Below, one piece after another: positions 8,901-18,760 of a stretch of 64,000 nt of DNA (the first letter of the stretch is position 1; every line of letters begins with the position of its first letter). The DNA lies in assembly GCA_965246885.1 (NCBI GenBank), contig OZ251992.1, positions 2,176,001 through 2,240,000 of the forward strand, read 5' to 3'. This DNA comes from Abditibacterium sp. (GTDB taxonomy: Bacteria > Armatimonadota > Abditibacteriia > Abditibacteriales > Abditibacteriaceae). Below the pieces are notes generated by a model, which worked only from the letters and a program-made list of their open reading frames with translations, was not told the DNA's origin and made no database searches. A program made the position numbers and the translations under genes.

Positions 8901-9554
8901 GCTATTGGCGCGTGGCGCCGCGACGCCGTGTTGGGCGTGGGCGGATACGCGAGCGACACTTTGGGCGACGACATGGACTTGACGTGGCGCTTGCACGGCG
9001 CGGGCTGGAGAATCGCCAACGAGTCGAGCGCCAAAGCGTGGACGGAAGCGCCCGACTCCATCCGTCCTTTGTGGAAGCAGCGCTTCCGGTGGGGCTACGG
9101 CACCTTGCAATGCCTCGCCAAGCACCGCCGCTTGATGGGGCGCACGGGCTGGTTCGGGCGCGTCGCCCTGCCGATGACGTGGGTTTTCCAATTCGCCTTG
9201 CAGTGGATCGCGCCGATGGTGGATGTCATGCTCCTTGGCTCCGCCATCAACGCGGTTTTAGGCCAAATCGCGCATGGGACGGACGCGGCGACACTCCTTT
9301 CTTTCTATCGCATCGCCGCGATCACCTTCGCTTTTTTCGCCATCGAAATGGGCAGCGCGTGGGTCGCCATCCGCATGGAAGATGAGGACATGAAGCTCCT
9401 CCCGCAACTGGTGCTTCAGCGCTTTGTATATCGGCAGATGCTTTATTTGGTCGTTCTCAAATCCACTTGGACGGCACTGTCGGGTTTCCGTGAAGGCTGG
9501 AACAAATTAGCGCGCAAGGGCACGGTCGTGGTCGGCGAAGCCAAAGCCGCGTAG
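5997..9554 (+). CDS. Trifunctional GH18-like hydrolase / polysaccharide deacetylase (CE4) / GT2 glycosyltransferase
   Basis: GH18-like GLNLDLE and LMAYD; NodB motifs TFDDGP, HSFNHP, LLHD; GT2 motifs DDGS, DAD, QRFRW; C-terminal TM helices. Confidence 0.9.
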   Translation: MSSSSPVFFDPSGARARRLRLWGAVAGVLVAVLTVVFALTVMHTPAPARARTWSKLVRLVDNKPERWNVNYYFASSPSHANVHGAPDEMGVTRWGVWEQIATPPTGEMRFTARGGRTGGQWEPVPTAAPSVVNGRVVAAFYDPSQATGLASFRVAAPHLTHVLPAWIHLADDGAGLDLTDFNFDDNPNNRALISLAEQKNVAVVPVFSNAHGGDFDPQRAHLLLSSPDKQRVLVSRLVAWVQEHHFAGLNLDLENLTDADAALYPRFAAFAAHELKARGLECSIDIAGDDAPDTEDVARVHALTAPCDFAVLMAYDQHEASGPEGPIAAFDWTTCVVREALRSVPATKLVLGVGNYGYDWNLEDKTKNAALSYQSAIALARATAGKTANVQNIEFDPQTLNATFNYADTTGNQHEVWMLDAASAYNDWKLMNRAHLRGGALWSLGQDDPSVWDFWRKTAVPDARAHADMMRVHFPFEVAYTGRGDILTVASQPREGARAFDFDYATGLITDENYRRFPASTVIAQSGYSRRDIALTFDDGPDPAWTPAVLDALRKYRVPATFFVVGAQAERNRGLVRRTWDEGHEIGNHSFNHPDLSDVSDARADFEINATQRAIEAITGHATTLFRAPYDSDMEPQTADEAATLERASALGYKSIGNAVDPQDWNPTIANDAGVSRARTASDIAEEILSEARAGKGNIVLLHDAGGDRSNTVAALGMVIPQLQREGFRFVTVSHLMGQPRAVAMPPVTGHEAVVVAFDRAIFTTVFSFQWLMGAAFVAAIGLGLARMAVIVPLALVARRRELAKTFDPAFTPLVSVVVAAYNEANVIERSLRSILASDYAHMEVVVVDDGSKDGTSEAVLAAFGDDARVRLLRQANGGKASALNHALTEARGDIYVGFDADTQVATDAVSLLVRHFSDPAIGAVAGNVVVGNRNNLWTRWQAVEYIASQNLDRRAQALLDAVVVVPGAIGAWRRDAVLGVGGYASDTLGDDMDLTWRLHGAGWRIANESSAKAWTEAPDSIRPLWKQRFRWGYGTLQCLAKHRRLMGRTGWFGRVALPMTWVFQFALQWIAPMVDVMLLGSAINAVLGQIAHGTDAATLLSFYRIAAITFAFFAIEMGSAWVAIRMEDEDMKLLPQLVLQRFVYRQMLYLVVLKSTWTALSGFREGWNKLARKGTVVVGEAKAA

Positions 9555-11398
9555 TAATGCCGTGCCGCAGCGCGGTTGCCATACAAGGAGTAGCGCGTGT
9601 TTCCGCCCAACCGTTGGAGCGGCACTCGCGCCGTTGCCCAACTGGGGGCTTCAAATCCCTTGCCGCGCGCGATGACAAAGAGCGGCGTGCTTTCTTTCCC
9701 CCAACGCGCCAGTTGCGATCTATCCGTGCAAAAGAATGTCGCGTGCTCTGAGGGGGGCATGCGCTCGTAACCGGGTAACAATTCGCGTGGCAAAGCGAGC
9801 CGGGTTGAGGCCCCATCGCCCCCAGCCAAAATTACGCGGCGCGAGGTGTAGAATGACACGCTTTGTGCGAAGCCGACGGAAACGAGGCGCGTGTCGGGCG
9901 TGAGCGACTGCCGCACTGGAAGCAGCAGGTTGCGCAGCGTGATGGCCGATTCGACCGACCCCCAAAAAAATAGCGCCACCATAAGCAGGGGAGCGAACCC
10001 GCCCGCCGTCACTATAAACAGTGCGCGCCCTTGGCCGCGCTTGGCGCACGATGCGAGGCAAAATGCCCATCCCATCGCGAGGGCCGCCGCCACGAATAAC
10101 CAAGGCGCTCCCGACACTCCGAGCGCCTTGCCGATGGGCACCCGCGCCACGAGCAAACCAATTCCCGTCGCTAAAGCCAGCACCGCCATGACAAATCCCT
10201 CGACCTTCAACGCGCCACGCGCCCACATCCGGTCGAACCACGCTCCTAATAAGGCGCAACCAAGCGGCACCATTGGCAAGATGTAAGTGACGATCTTCGA
10301 CTTGGAAAGAGAAAAGAACGCGAGTGTGAACAGCGCGCCGAAGGTCAGAAACGCGACGGCGCGCGCCCGCTCGTCGGCTTCTACACTGCGTGCGCGGCGC
10401 AAGATGGCGGTTAGCTCTGTAAGTGCGCGCGGTGCATAGACCGACCAAGGGAAGAAGACGAGCGGCAGGAGGGGCAGAAAGTAATACGGCGGCTCCCAAT
10501 GATCGGGCACGCCCGCGCCGCCGGTAAAGCGTTGAAAGTTCTGCTTCCACCAGAACAAGTGGTTGAACTCCGGGTTGCGCGCTTGCACCGCGATAAACCA
10601 AGGCGCCGCCACCCCAAAGAAGAGGGACACGCCCCACGCCCATCCCATGCGCCAACCTCCGAGCGGGCGGCACCAGAGCAAGTAGGAAACGATCGCTCCA
10701 AAGCACAAGACGACCGCCACTGGCCCCTTCGCCAACACGCCTGCTCCCAAGATCGCCCAAAACAGCGCGAGCCAAACCGTCCGGCGCCCTGCGTGCGCCC
10801 CTTCTGTGTGCGCCAACCACCACGCACACAAAGCCACCGTTGTTGTCGCCGCGAGGGGGGTGTCGGTGATGACGAAGCGCGACATGACGGGCCATATCAG
10901 CGTTGTGAGCAGTGCCGCCGCGCCCAACCAACCCGCGCGCGCGCCAAACGCCCGCCGCCCTAAGGCATAAGTCGCCGCGACGCCTATAGCTCCAAAAACA
11001 ACCATCGCCAAGCGCGCCGCGAATTCTGACACGCCCAGCGCACCGTAGCTGGCCATGATGCTCCAGTAAGTCAAAGCGGGCTTATCAAAGAACTTCACGC
11101 CGTTGATGGTCGGCGTTATCCAATCGCCGCGCGCCAGCATCTCGCGTGGGATGCCCGCGTAGCGCCCCTCGTCGGGGTCTATCAGCCCGTAACTACCCAG
11201 ACCGAACAAAAGGGTGAGCACGCCCAGTAGAACGAGCACCAGCAACGACACGGGCCGCTCGAAGAAAGAAGCGACGCGCGTGGGAGAAGAGGTTTCGGGG
11301 GTAGGGGTGTCGGAAAGGAACGGCGAAAGTGCGATGGAGAATCCTTGAAAGGGGCGGGGAGATGTTAAGCTCCTCTTAAGGATAAAGCGATGGTTCAC
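9443..11398 (-). CDS. ArnT/PMT (GT-C) family lipid glycosyltransferase
   Basis: DPDEGRYAGIPREM, GDWITP, FFDKP, LAKGP, SKSKIVTYILP; many TM segments. Start codon uncertain. Confidence 0.88.
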   Translation of the reverse strand: MNHRFILKRSLTSPRPFQGFSIALSPFLSDTPTPETSSPTRVASFFERPVSLLVLVLLGVLTLLFGLGSYGLIDPDEGRYAGIPREMLARGDWITPTINGVKFFDKPALTYWSIMASYGALGVSEFAARLAMVVFGAIGVAATYALGRRAFGARAGWLGAAALLTTLIWPVMSRFVITDTPLAATTTVALCAWWLAHTEGAHAGRRTVWLALFWAILGAGVLAKGPVAVVLCFGAIVSYLLWCRPLGGWRMGWAWGVSLFFGVAAPWFIAVQARNPEFNHLFWWKQNFQRFTGGAGVPDHWEPPYYFLPLLPLVFFPWSVYAPRALTELTAILRRARSVEADERARAVAFLTFGALFTLAFFSLSKSKIVTYILPMVPLGCALLGAWFDRMWARGALKVEGFVMAVLALATGIGLLVARVPIGKALGVSGAPWLFVAAALAMGWAFCLASCAKRGQGRALFIVTAGGFAPLLMVALFFWGSVESAITLRNLLLPVRQSLTPDTRLVSVGFAQSVSFYTSRRVILAGGDGASTRLALPRELLPGYERMPPSEHATFFCTDRSQLARWGKESTPLFVIARGKGFEAPSWATARVPLQRLGGNTRYSLYGNRAAARHYYAALASPTTTVPLRANLFQPSRKPDSAVQVDLRTTK

Positions 11399-11470
11399 AT
11401 GGCGCGCAGTCGCATGGAGCAGCAGAGCGCGCCTCCCCTCCCTCTACGACCGCGTGCCACTGATGCGAAG

Positions 11471-14400
11471 CTACATCACCGCCCCATTGACGATGTGCGG
11501 GGTGAAAGTGGGCTTGTCGGCGCGTTTGAGGCGGAACTCCAAGCGCACTTGCACTCGCCCGCCGACGCCCAACGCTCCGCCCGCAAGCGGCACGCTCACA
11601 AGCGGCACCCCGTTGGTGTCGGTTCCCGCCGCGCCCACGACGGTCACGCTCGACGGCAAGCCATCCAAGGCCAACAGAAGCGGCGCGTTCGCGCTCGCCG
11701 AGCCGGTGTTGGTGATGGTCACATATTGAATGAGGTGCGCGCCGGGGTGATACAGCGAGGGCGAATACGGCCCGACGTTGATGAGCTTGCCCACTCCAAA
11801 GGTGTAAGCGGGAACGCCGTTGGCAATGGGCACGGTCACTTGGGCGGCAACCGGTATCGTGCCCGTCGCGCCTGCGATGGCGTTGCTTTGCAAGGTGCCG
11901 ACGGTGGCCGGGGCCGTCAAGCGCACGATCACGGTTTGGCTGGCGTTCGGTGCCAACGTGCCCAGAGAGAAGCCAATCATACCTTCGGCGTTCGAGGTCG
12001 GAGCGGGAGTACTCGATAGGAGGGTGGCTCCGGCGGGCAGGGTGTAGATCAGACTCGCATCGGTCGCGGGAGCAGAACCTGTGTTCTTGACGACAAGCGT
12101 AAAGTCCACTTCGCCGCCCGTTGACACCGTGTTCACCGACGCCCTTTGGGTGAGGGCAAGAGCAGGCGCGGACACGCCATTGACCACTTGGCTGACGGTG
12201 TTGGAAGTGCTGCCGTTGTAGTTCGCGTCGCCGCCATAGGTCGCCGTCAGCGGGTGCGTGCCTGCCGCCAACGCGGAAGTCGAAAGCGTCGCCACGCCGC
12301 CCGACAGCGTGCCGGTGCCGATGGGCGTTTGCCCGTCGTAGAAGGTGACGGTGCCCGAAGGCGCGGCCTGCAAGGGGCGCGGCTTGGCCGGGCGACCCTG
12401 CATGATGGGCGTCCTGCGCCCCAAGTTCGTGCCCGGCGTCGTGGGAGTAGTCGGCGCGGTCAGGGAGACCGTCGCCGTCAGCGTCACGCTTTGCCCCACG
12501 TTCGAGGGGTTGGGAGCGGAAGAGAGCGTCGTCGTCGTGTTCGCTTTGCTCGGCGAGGGCGTGGCTGTTGGCACTGCCGTTGCGGTGGGCGCGGGCGTCG
12601 CGGTGGGAGTGGCCGTTGGAATTGCCGTCGCGGTGGGTTGTGGGGTTGGAGTGGGCGCGACGCCCCCAACCGTGAAAGCTTTGGAGAATTCGCTGGTGTC
12701 GCCGTTGATGGCCAACTCCGCTGCGCCTGGCTGGGCTGTCGCGGAAACATACGTTGCCGTCGCAGTGATGGCGCGGCCCGCGATGGAAACGGGCGACGTG
12801 AAATTCCACGAAACGTTGCCACTGGCGTCGGTGGGCACCGATGTGAAGCCGAGGAATTGCTCGCCTTCGCCATAACCCGACGGGTCGGCGGCGGCGTTGG
12901 AGAACAGTTCGATGCGGTAGCTTTCGCCTGCCCCGGTCGGCGCCGCGTTGAGGGTGCCAGAGATGACGCTACCGCTCACACCGGTGATGACGGGGAAGTT
13001 CTGCAAGTCGTTCGGGCCGGAGTCAGTGTCGCCGGGGTCGTTGAGCGTGACGCCGTCGTCGTTCAGGTCAATGCCTAAGCCGCCGTTCGAGAAGATGGAG
13101 TTGCCCGAAATGCGGTTACCTTTGGGAACAGCGTAAGCGGCGTCGGTGACGGCGACGGTGATGCCCGCTTTGCCATTGAACGCGATGGTGTTGCCGCCAC
13201 CCGTAGCGCCGGACGCGAGTCCGATAATCGTATTCTGTGTTCCCTTGTGGATGCGGATGCCCTCTTTGCCGTTGCCCAAGTTGAGCGTGCCGCCAAGGTC
13301 GGTGCCGATGAAGTTGCCCTGAATGACGTTGCCGCCCGCTCCGGCGACGCGCGAGGCCAAGATGCCCTCTTCGCCGTTGCCGGAAATGACGTTACCTTCT
13401 CCCGCGTTCACGCCGCCGATGACGTTGGAGGGCGCGTTCAAGAAAATGCCCTGACTGGAGTTGCCGATGGCTTTGGTGCCGGAGATGTCGGTGCCGAGGA
13501 AGTTGCCAAGCACCTTGTTGCCCGTCGCCAAGTCGTCGTCTATGCTCATGGCCTCGTCGCCGTTGCCCGAAATGACGTTGCGCGCTTGGCTATTGGCGCC
13601 GCCAACGGTGCAGTTCGTGCCGCGAATGTCGAGGCCCTCACTCCCGTTGCCAAGGGCTTTAGTGCCGGTCGCGTCAAGGCCGATGATGTTGCCTTGCGCG
13701 AGGTTGGCGTTGCCGCCGATGATCGTGAAGGTCTTGAAATCCGCGCTATATTTGCGGTATGGCCCTTGGGCGAAGCGCAAGCCGACATCGCCCGCTCCGA
13801 CGATGAGGTTGCCCACGTTTTGGCCGGGCGTGGCGGTGGGGCCACCGACGGTGTTGTTGGAGCCTTCGATCCGCACGTCGTCACTGCCTTGCCGACCGGC
13901 TTGGTTGCCGTTGCCGATGCTCTTGGTGCCGCTCGCGTCCGACCCGATGTAGTTGCCCAAGATACTGTTTTGCGTGGCGTCCGTGAAGGTTTCGGGGGTC
14001 GTGCGGAAGTTGTCGCTGACGGTGATTCTGACCGCGTTGCCATAGTTGCCCGACAGGAGGTTGCGCTGTGCGGGCAAGGCGCCGCCGATGCGGTTGTTCG
14101 AGATGCCCACGATTTTGACGCCGTCGTTGTGGTTAGGAAGCGCGGTGGCTCCGGTGGCGTCGGTGCCGATGAAGCAGCCCTCGACGGCATCGCCGCCGAG
14201 GGTGTCGAACAAAATGGCGGAGCCGCCGCCGAATTGGAAAGAGGCGCCGACGCGGTTCAGAATCAAACCGCGCACGGTCGAGGAGCCAGCGGTGACGTGG
14301 AGCAAGTCGCCCGGCGTGTTGGTGCCGTCTATTTCGACTTTCAAAACAGCGTTGTCCCCGACTGCGAGCGTGTTGGCGCTCGCGGCGGGTTGCGTGAGGC

Positions 14401-17400
14401 CGTCGAGGGTGACGGCGTTGGTGAGGGTGGGAAGCGCGGTGATGGGCTTGATGGTTTGCACGCCCGCGCCGGGGATGTTGAAGGAGATGGTTTGCGCTCC
14501 GGTTTTGGAGTTGGAGCACTCCATCGCGCGGCGCAGGCTTCCTGCGCCGGTGTCGAGGGTGTTGGTCACGACCGTCGAGCACGCATCGGGCAGGGCGTCG
14601 CGCGCGAACTCGCTCGTGTTGCCGCCCGCGTCGGTTGCGGTCGCGCTAACGGGGCCGGAGTTGTCGCCCGTTGTGGGGAAGGTGCCGGTGAAAGTGCCGT
14701 TGCCCGCCGCGTCGGTGGTGACGCTCGCGGTGCCGAGGAAGCGCTGACCCTCGCCGTAGCCCGAAGCGTTGCCGCCGTCGCTTTGAAACAGTTCGACCGT
14801 GTAGGTGGCGTTTGGCTTGGAGTTCAGGGTGCCGCCGATGGTGACGCTGCTGGCCGCCGTCGAGAAACTCGTAATGACGGGGAAGTTTTGCAGCCCGTTC
14901 GCGCCCGTATCGGCGTCGCCCGCGTCGTTGGGCGTCACGCCGTCGCCGCCCAAATCTATGCCCAGACTCTTGTTGCTGTAGATGGAGTTGCGCGAAATGG
15001 TGAATCCCGATGAAGTATCTGAAGCGAACCCAATGGTAATACCCGCGAGGCCGTTGAAGGCGATGATGTTGCCCGTGCTGGGGCCGCCAATAAGCGGCGT
15101 GCCGGATGAAGAGAATACGTTGACGCCCGCAGCGCCATTGCCAAGGGCCGTCGTGCTGTCGGCGCCCACGCCGATGAAGTTGTCGGCGAGGGTTGTGCTA
15201 TCGCCCTGATTGGTGATGCCTGCTCCGCTATTGCCGGAGATGACGTTGGTCGCGGCGGTCACAGCGGTCAGGGCACGCGTGATTTTGACCGCACCCATTG
15301 TCCGCACGGGCTGGGTGCCAATCACGTTGCCGCTTGGCGTGGTGGGACTGGAAAAACTCTTGGCGACCAAAATTCCGGTTTGGTTGGGCAAAGCCTTTAA
15401 ACCCGTCGCGTCCGTCCCAATGAGGTCGCCCTGCACGAGGCCGTTGGTGGATTGCAACTGCACGCCCGCGCCGCCGTTGCCGGAGATGAGGTTGCGCGCG
15501 GCGGGAGAGGTGCCGCCAATCAGCGTGGCATCCGCGTTCACTTGCACGCCGCCGCCGCTTTTATTGGGTATGGAGAGCGTGCCAGTCGGGTCAGTGCCGA
15601 TGAAGCAGCTTTCGAGCTTGTCCCCGCCCTTGATGTCGAATGCCACTCCGTAGCTTTGGGTGAAAGAGTTCGCCGCTCCGGTGCCAAAACCGTTGACAAC
15701 GAAGCCGCGCACGATGCTATTGCCACCAACGAAGCGCAATCCATAGAACGCCGAATTGCTGGAACCGGCGGCGGCGAGGGCCTTGGAGCCGTCGAGTTGA
15801 ATCAAGAGCGTGGCGTTGGTGCCGCTTGCGAGGGTATTGGCGCTCGCGCCCGGTTGGGTGAGGGCGTCAACGGTGACGGGCACCGCGACGTCGGGCAACT
15901 GCGTGGCGGGCACGATGGTTTGCACGCCCGCGCCGGGGATATTGAATTTGATGCTGGCGCCGCCGCCGCCGTTGGCTTCTTGAATGGCGGCGCGCAGGGT
16001 GCACTCGGCGGCGCCGCCCGCGATGGTGGCGCCGGTGTTGCAGTTGCCGTCACCGGGGGTGGTGTCGGGCGCATCGCCAACGGAGTTAACGACCGAAACC
16101 CGCGCCGTTGGCGGTATGAACACGGCGGAGAACTCCGACGTGTCGCCGCTTGCGCTCGTGGCGGTGGCGGAAATCACTTTGCCGTTGGAAAAGGGGCTGG
16201 GCAAGGTGATGGAGACTGTGCCGGTGTTGCCCTGCGCGTTGGTCGTCACGTTTTGCGCGCCCAGAAAGGTCTGCCCTTGGCCAAAGCCGGAGGGGTCGGC
16301 GGCGTCCGAAGCGAAGACTTCGATGCGATAGGTAGCGCTGGGCTTCGAGGTGAAGTTGACGCCGACGGTGCTACCGCTTGCGTTCACGATGACGGGGTAG
16401 TTCTGGCGGTTGTTCGGGCCGCCGCCAGTCTGCGGACTTTGGTTGGGAGTCACGTTGAACGCGAGTTCGTCGCTTGTCGAAAGGTCAATGCCGAGGTTGC
16501 GATTGCCGTAAATCGAGTTGCCTTGCACCGCGTTGCCGGTGCCATTGAAAATCTTGACGCCCGCGCCGCGTCCATTCTGGCCGACCGTGCCGTTGAAAGC
16601 GATGATGTTGCCCGCGCCCGCCGCCACCCCGCCGATCTGATTGTTGCTGCCCTGACCGATCTCGATGCCGTTGAGGCCGTTGGGAAGAGCGGTCGTGCCA
16701 TCCGCCGCGACGCCGATTTTGTTGCCCCGAATCGTCAGGCTGTCGGCGGTGTTGAGAAGTAGGCCTTCGTTGTTATTACCCGAAATGACGTTGCCCTGCC
16801 CGGTACCCGCCCCGCCGATGGTGTTATTGGCGAGCGTGCCGGGGTCACCCTGCGGTGTCAAGGCGGCGATGCCGATGCCGTTGGGGATAGCTTTTTGGCC
16901 AGTGGCGTCGGTGCCGACGAAGTTGCCTTGAACCGTGTTGCCTGTTGCGCCCGAACCGAACAGCGTGATGCCGCGCGACGAGTTGGAAAACACGTTGCCG
17001 CTAATGGTTGTGTTCGAAGCGTTGATAATCCCAAGCGCGTTGCCAGCACTGGCGGTCGCGGGCAAAGCGGCACTTCCGCTCGCGTTGACGCCGACGAAGT
17101 TACCTTGAACAGTGGTGCCCGAAAGCGGCCCATTCAAATTGATGCCGCTGTTGGCCGCGACGATGACGTTGCGCGCCCCGGCACTCGCGCCGCCAATGGT
17201 GTTACTCGAAGCGCGCAACACGCCGATGCCAAATCCACCGCCCGGCGACAGCGCGCTTTGGCCGTCCGCCGAAACGCCGACGAGGTTGCCCTGAATCACG
17301 TTGTTTTGGGCGCCAGCTTCTTGCAGTTGGATCGCCGCGCGTCCCAGGCCGCCGATGACGTTGCCCTGTCCGGGTGTGGTGCCGCCGATAAGGTTGTTCG

Positions 17401-18727
17401 GGGTGAAGAAGTAGATGCCCGCCGAGCCAAGCGCGGTCGTTCCTGCCGCGTTGGTGCCAACGTAATTGCCCTGCACCTTGGTGCCACTGCTGCCGTCGGC
17501 GCCGTTGAAGTCCGACCAAATAGCGGGGTTGGCGCCGCCGGTCACGACGTTGCGCCCCGCGACCGTGCCATCGCCTATCACGGTGCCCGGCGAGTTCTGC
17601 AGGTAAATCCCGCTCTGGTTCGCCACGAGGCTATCTCCCGCCGCGTTGAACCCGATGATGTTGCCCAGAATCGTGTTGTTCGCACTTCCAACGCACGCGA
17701 TGCCGTTGGAACCATTGCCTGAGATGACGTTGTTCTTAATTGTGTTGCCGTTAGAAAGGAGGCCAATGCCGTTGCTATTGTTGGTCAGGGCCGTCGCGCC
17801 GTCTTTGGCGAGACCGATGAGGTTGCCTTGAATCAGAGCGCCCGTCGCGTCCGAGGTTTGGGCGAGGATGGCGGAGGTTGCGCCGTTGCCGGAAATGAGG
17901 TTACGGTCTGCCGCGTTCACGCCGCCAATGATGTTGCCCGTTGGCTTGGCGTCATCGGCCCCATTGCGAAAGCCGGTGATGCGCACGCCGGAAAAGCTGT
18001 TGGCCTGCGCGAGGGCGCCCGCCGCATTGGTGCCGATGAAACAGCCCGCGACGGTGTTGCCCGGCGAGTCGAGTTCGATGCCCGTATCTCCTGCGCCCGA
18101 CAAAATCAGACCGCGCACCGACGAGCCACCGCTGCCCACGCCAAGTGTCAGGTCATTGCCTGTGCCCGCGTTGCCCACGATTTGGACGAGCGGAACGGCG
18201 TTGAGCGCGCCCGTTGCGAGGGTGTTGGCCGAACTGCCGGTTTGCGAGTAGCCGTTGATGACAACGGGCTTGGCGATGATGGGGAGCGCCGACCCAAGCG
18301 TGATGGTATTTACGCCCGCTCCGGGAATGGCGAAGTTGATGGCGCCGCCGCCGCTTGCGTTGGCTTCGGTGAGGGCGGCGCGCAAGGTGCAAGTGGCGCC
18401 GTTGGCCGAACTGGTTTGGCAGAGGCCGTCGCCGGGTGTGGCATCGTCCGCGTCGCCCGTCGAGTTGACCGAAAGCGTCAAGACCGCGCGCGGGCGGATG
18501 GCGCGCTTTCGACCATAGACCGCCAACTGCATGCGCGGCATTTCCGCCCTAAGCGCGGGAGCGCTGGTCGCCCCAGAAAAGCGGGCGAGGGGCGCCAGAA
18601 GCGCATGGCGAGTGCGCGGCGGAAGCCATGCGGCGGTGCAAGCGGCGCCCAATAAAAGCAAAGTGGCGGCGGTTTGGGAAACGGGCAGTTTGGCCGAAGC
18701 CCACGAGCGGAGTGACTGGAGATGCAT
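11471..18727 (-). CDS. Giant secreted/surface protein: three CSLREA plus parallel beta-helix modules, P/T linker, Ig-like and DUF11-like domains
   Basis: CTLRAAL, CTLRAAIQEAN and GSLRRAM motifs; dozens of GNxIG/NVISGN repeats; each module ends ATAT...TSEF; TTTLSSAPNPS...ATYGGDANY Ig-like domain. Confidence 0.85.
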   Translation of the reverse strand: MHLQSLRSWASAKLPVSQTAATLLLLGAACTAAWLPPRTRHALLAPLARFSGATSAPALRAEMPRMQLAVYGRKRAIRPRAVLTLSVNSTGDADDATPGDGLCQTSSANGATCTLRAALTEANASGGGAINFAIPGAGVNTITLGSALPIIAKPVVINGYSQTGSSANTLATGALNAVPLVQIVGNAGTGNDLTLGVGSGGSSVRGLILSGAGDTGIELDSPGNTVAGCFIGTNAAGALAQANSFSGVRITGFRNGADDAKPTGNIIGGVNAADRNLISGNGATSAILAQTSDATGALIQGNLIGLAKDGATALTNNSNGIGLLSNGNTIKNNVISGNGSNGIACVGSANNTILGNIIGFNAAGDSLVANQSGIYLQNSPGTVIGDGTVAGRNVVTGGANPAIWSDFNGADGSSGTKVQGNYVGTNAAGTTALGSAGIYFFTPNNLIGGTTPGQGNVIGGLGRAAIQLQEAGAQNNVIQGNLVGVSADGQSALSPGGGFGIGVLRASSNTIGGASAGARNVIVAANSGINLNGPLSGTTVQGNFVGVNASGSAALPATASAGNALGIINASNTTISGNVFSNSSRGITLFGSGATGNTVQGNFVGTDATGQKAIPNGIGIAALTPQGDPGTLANNTIGGAGTGQGNVISGNNNEGLLLNTADSLTIRGNKIGVAADGTTALPNGLNGIEIGQGSNNQIGGVAAGAGNIIAFNGTVGQNGRGAGVKIFNGTGNAVQGNSIYGNRNLGIDLSTSDELAFNVTPNQSPQTGGGPNNRQNYPVIVNASGSTVGVNFTSKPSATYRIEVFASDAADPSGFGQGQTFLGAQNVTTNAQGNTGTVSITLPSPFSNGKVISATATSASGDTSEFSAVFIPPTARVSVVNSVGDAPDTTPGDGNCNTGATIAGGAAECTLRAAIQEANGGGGASIKFNIPGAGVQTIVPATQLPDVAVPVTVDALTQPGASANTLASGTNATLLIQLDGSKALAAAGSSNSAFYGLRFVGGNSIVRGFVVNGFGTGAANSFTQSYGVAFDIKGGDKLESCFIGTDPTGTLSIPNKSGGGVQVNADATLIGGTSPAARNLISGNGGAGVQLQSTNGLVQGDLIGTDATGLKALPNQTGILVAKSFSSPTTPSGNVIGTQPVRTMGAVKITRALTAVTAATNVISGNSGAGITNQGDSTTLADNFIGVGADSTTALGNGAAGVNVFSSSGTPLIGGPSTGNIIAFNGLAGITIGFASDTSSGFTISRNSIYSNKSLGIDLGGDGVTPNDAGDADTGANGLQNFPVITSFSTAASSVTIGGTLNSKPNATYTVELFQSDGGNASGYGEGQRFLGTASVTTDAAGNGTFTGTFPTTGDNSGPVSATATDAGGNTSEFARDALPDACSTVVTNTLDTGAGSLRRAMECSNSKTGAQTISFNIPGAGVQTIKPITALPTLTNAVTLDGLTQPAASANTLAVGDNAVLKVEIDGTNTPGDLLHVTAGSSTVRGLILNRVGASFQFGGGSAILFDTLGGDAVEGCFIGTDATGATALPNHNDGVKIVGISNNRIGGALPAQRNLLSGNYGNAVRITVSDNFRTTPETFTDATQNSILGNYIGSDASGTKSIGNGNQAGRQGSDDVRIEGSNNTVGGPTATPGQNVGNLIVGAGDVGLRFAQGPYRKYSADFKTFTIIGGNANLAQGNIIGLDATGTKALGNGSEGLDIRGTNCTVGGANSQARNVISGNGDEAMSIDDDLATGNKVLGNFLGTDISGTKAIGNSSQGIFLNAPSNVIGGVNAGEGNVISGNGEEGILASRVAGAGGNVIQGNFIGTDLGGTLNLGNGKEGIRIHKGTQNTIIGLASGATGGGNTIAFNGKAGITVAVTDAAYAVPKGNRISGNSIFSNGGLGIDLNDDGVTLNDPGDTDSGPNDLQNFPVITGVSGSVISGTLNAAPTGAGESYRIELFSNAAADPSGYGEGEQFLGFTSVPTDASGNVSWNFTSPVSIAGRAITATATYVSATAQPGAAELAINGDTSEFSKAFTVGGVAPTPTPQPTATAIPTATPTATPAPTATAVPTATPSPSKANTTTTLSSAPNPSNVGQSVTLTATVSLTAPTTPTTPGTNLGRRTPIMQGRPAKPRPLQAAPSGTVTFYDGQTPIGTGTLSGGVATLSTSALAAGTHPLTATYGGDANYNGSTSNTVSQVVNGVSAPALALTQRASVNTVSTGGEVDFTLVVKNTGSAPATDASLIYTLPAGATLLSSTPAPTSNAEGMIGFSLGTLAPNASQTVIVRLTAPATVGTLQSNAIAGATGTIPVAAQVTVPIANGVPAYTFGVGKLINVGPYSPSLYHPGAHLIQYVTITNTGSASANAPLLLALDGLPSSVTVVGAAGTDTNGVPLVSVPLAGGALGVGGRVQVRLEFRLKRADKPTFTPHIVNGAVM

Positions 18728-18760
18728 GATGAGACCTGTGAAGACAACGGTGGGCGCGGC

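Noticed and set aside
13247..15013. 588-aa plus-strand ORF and similar ORFs opposite the giant protein
   Set aside because: Shadow frames of a repetitive GC-rich gene.
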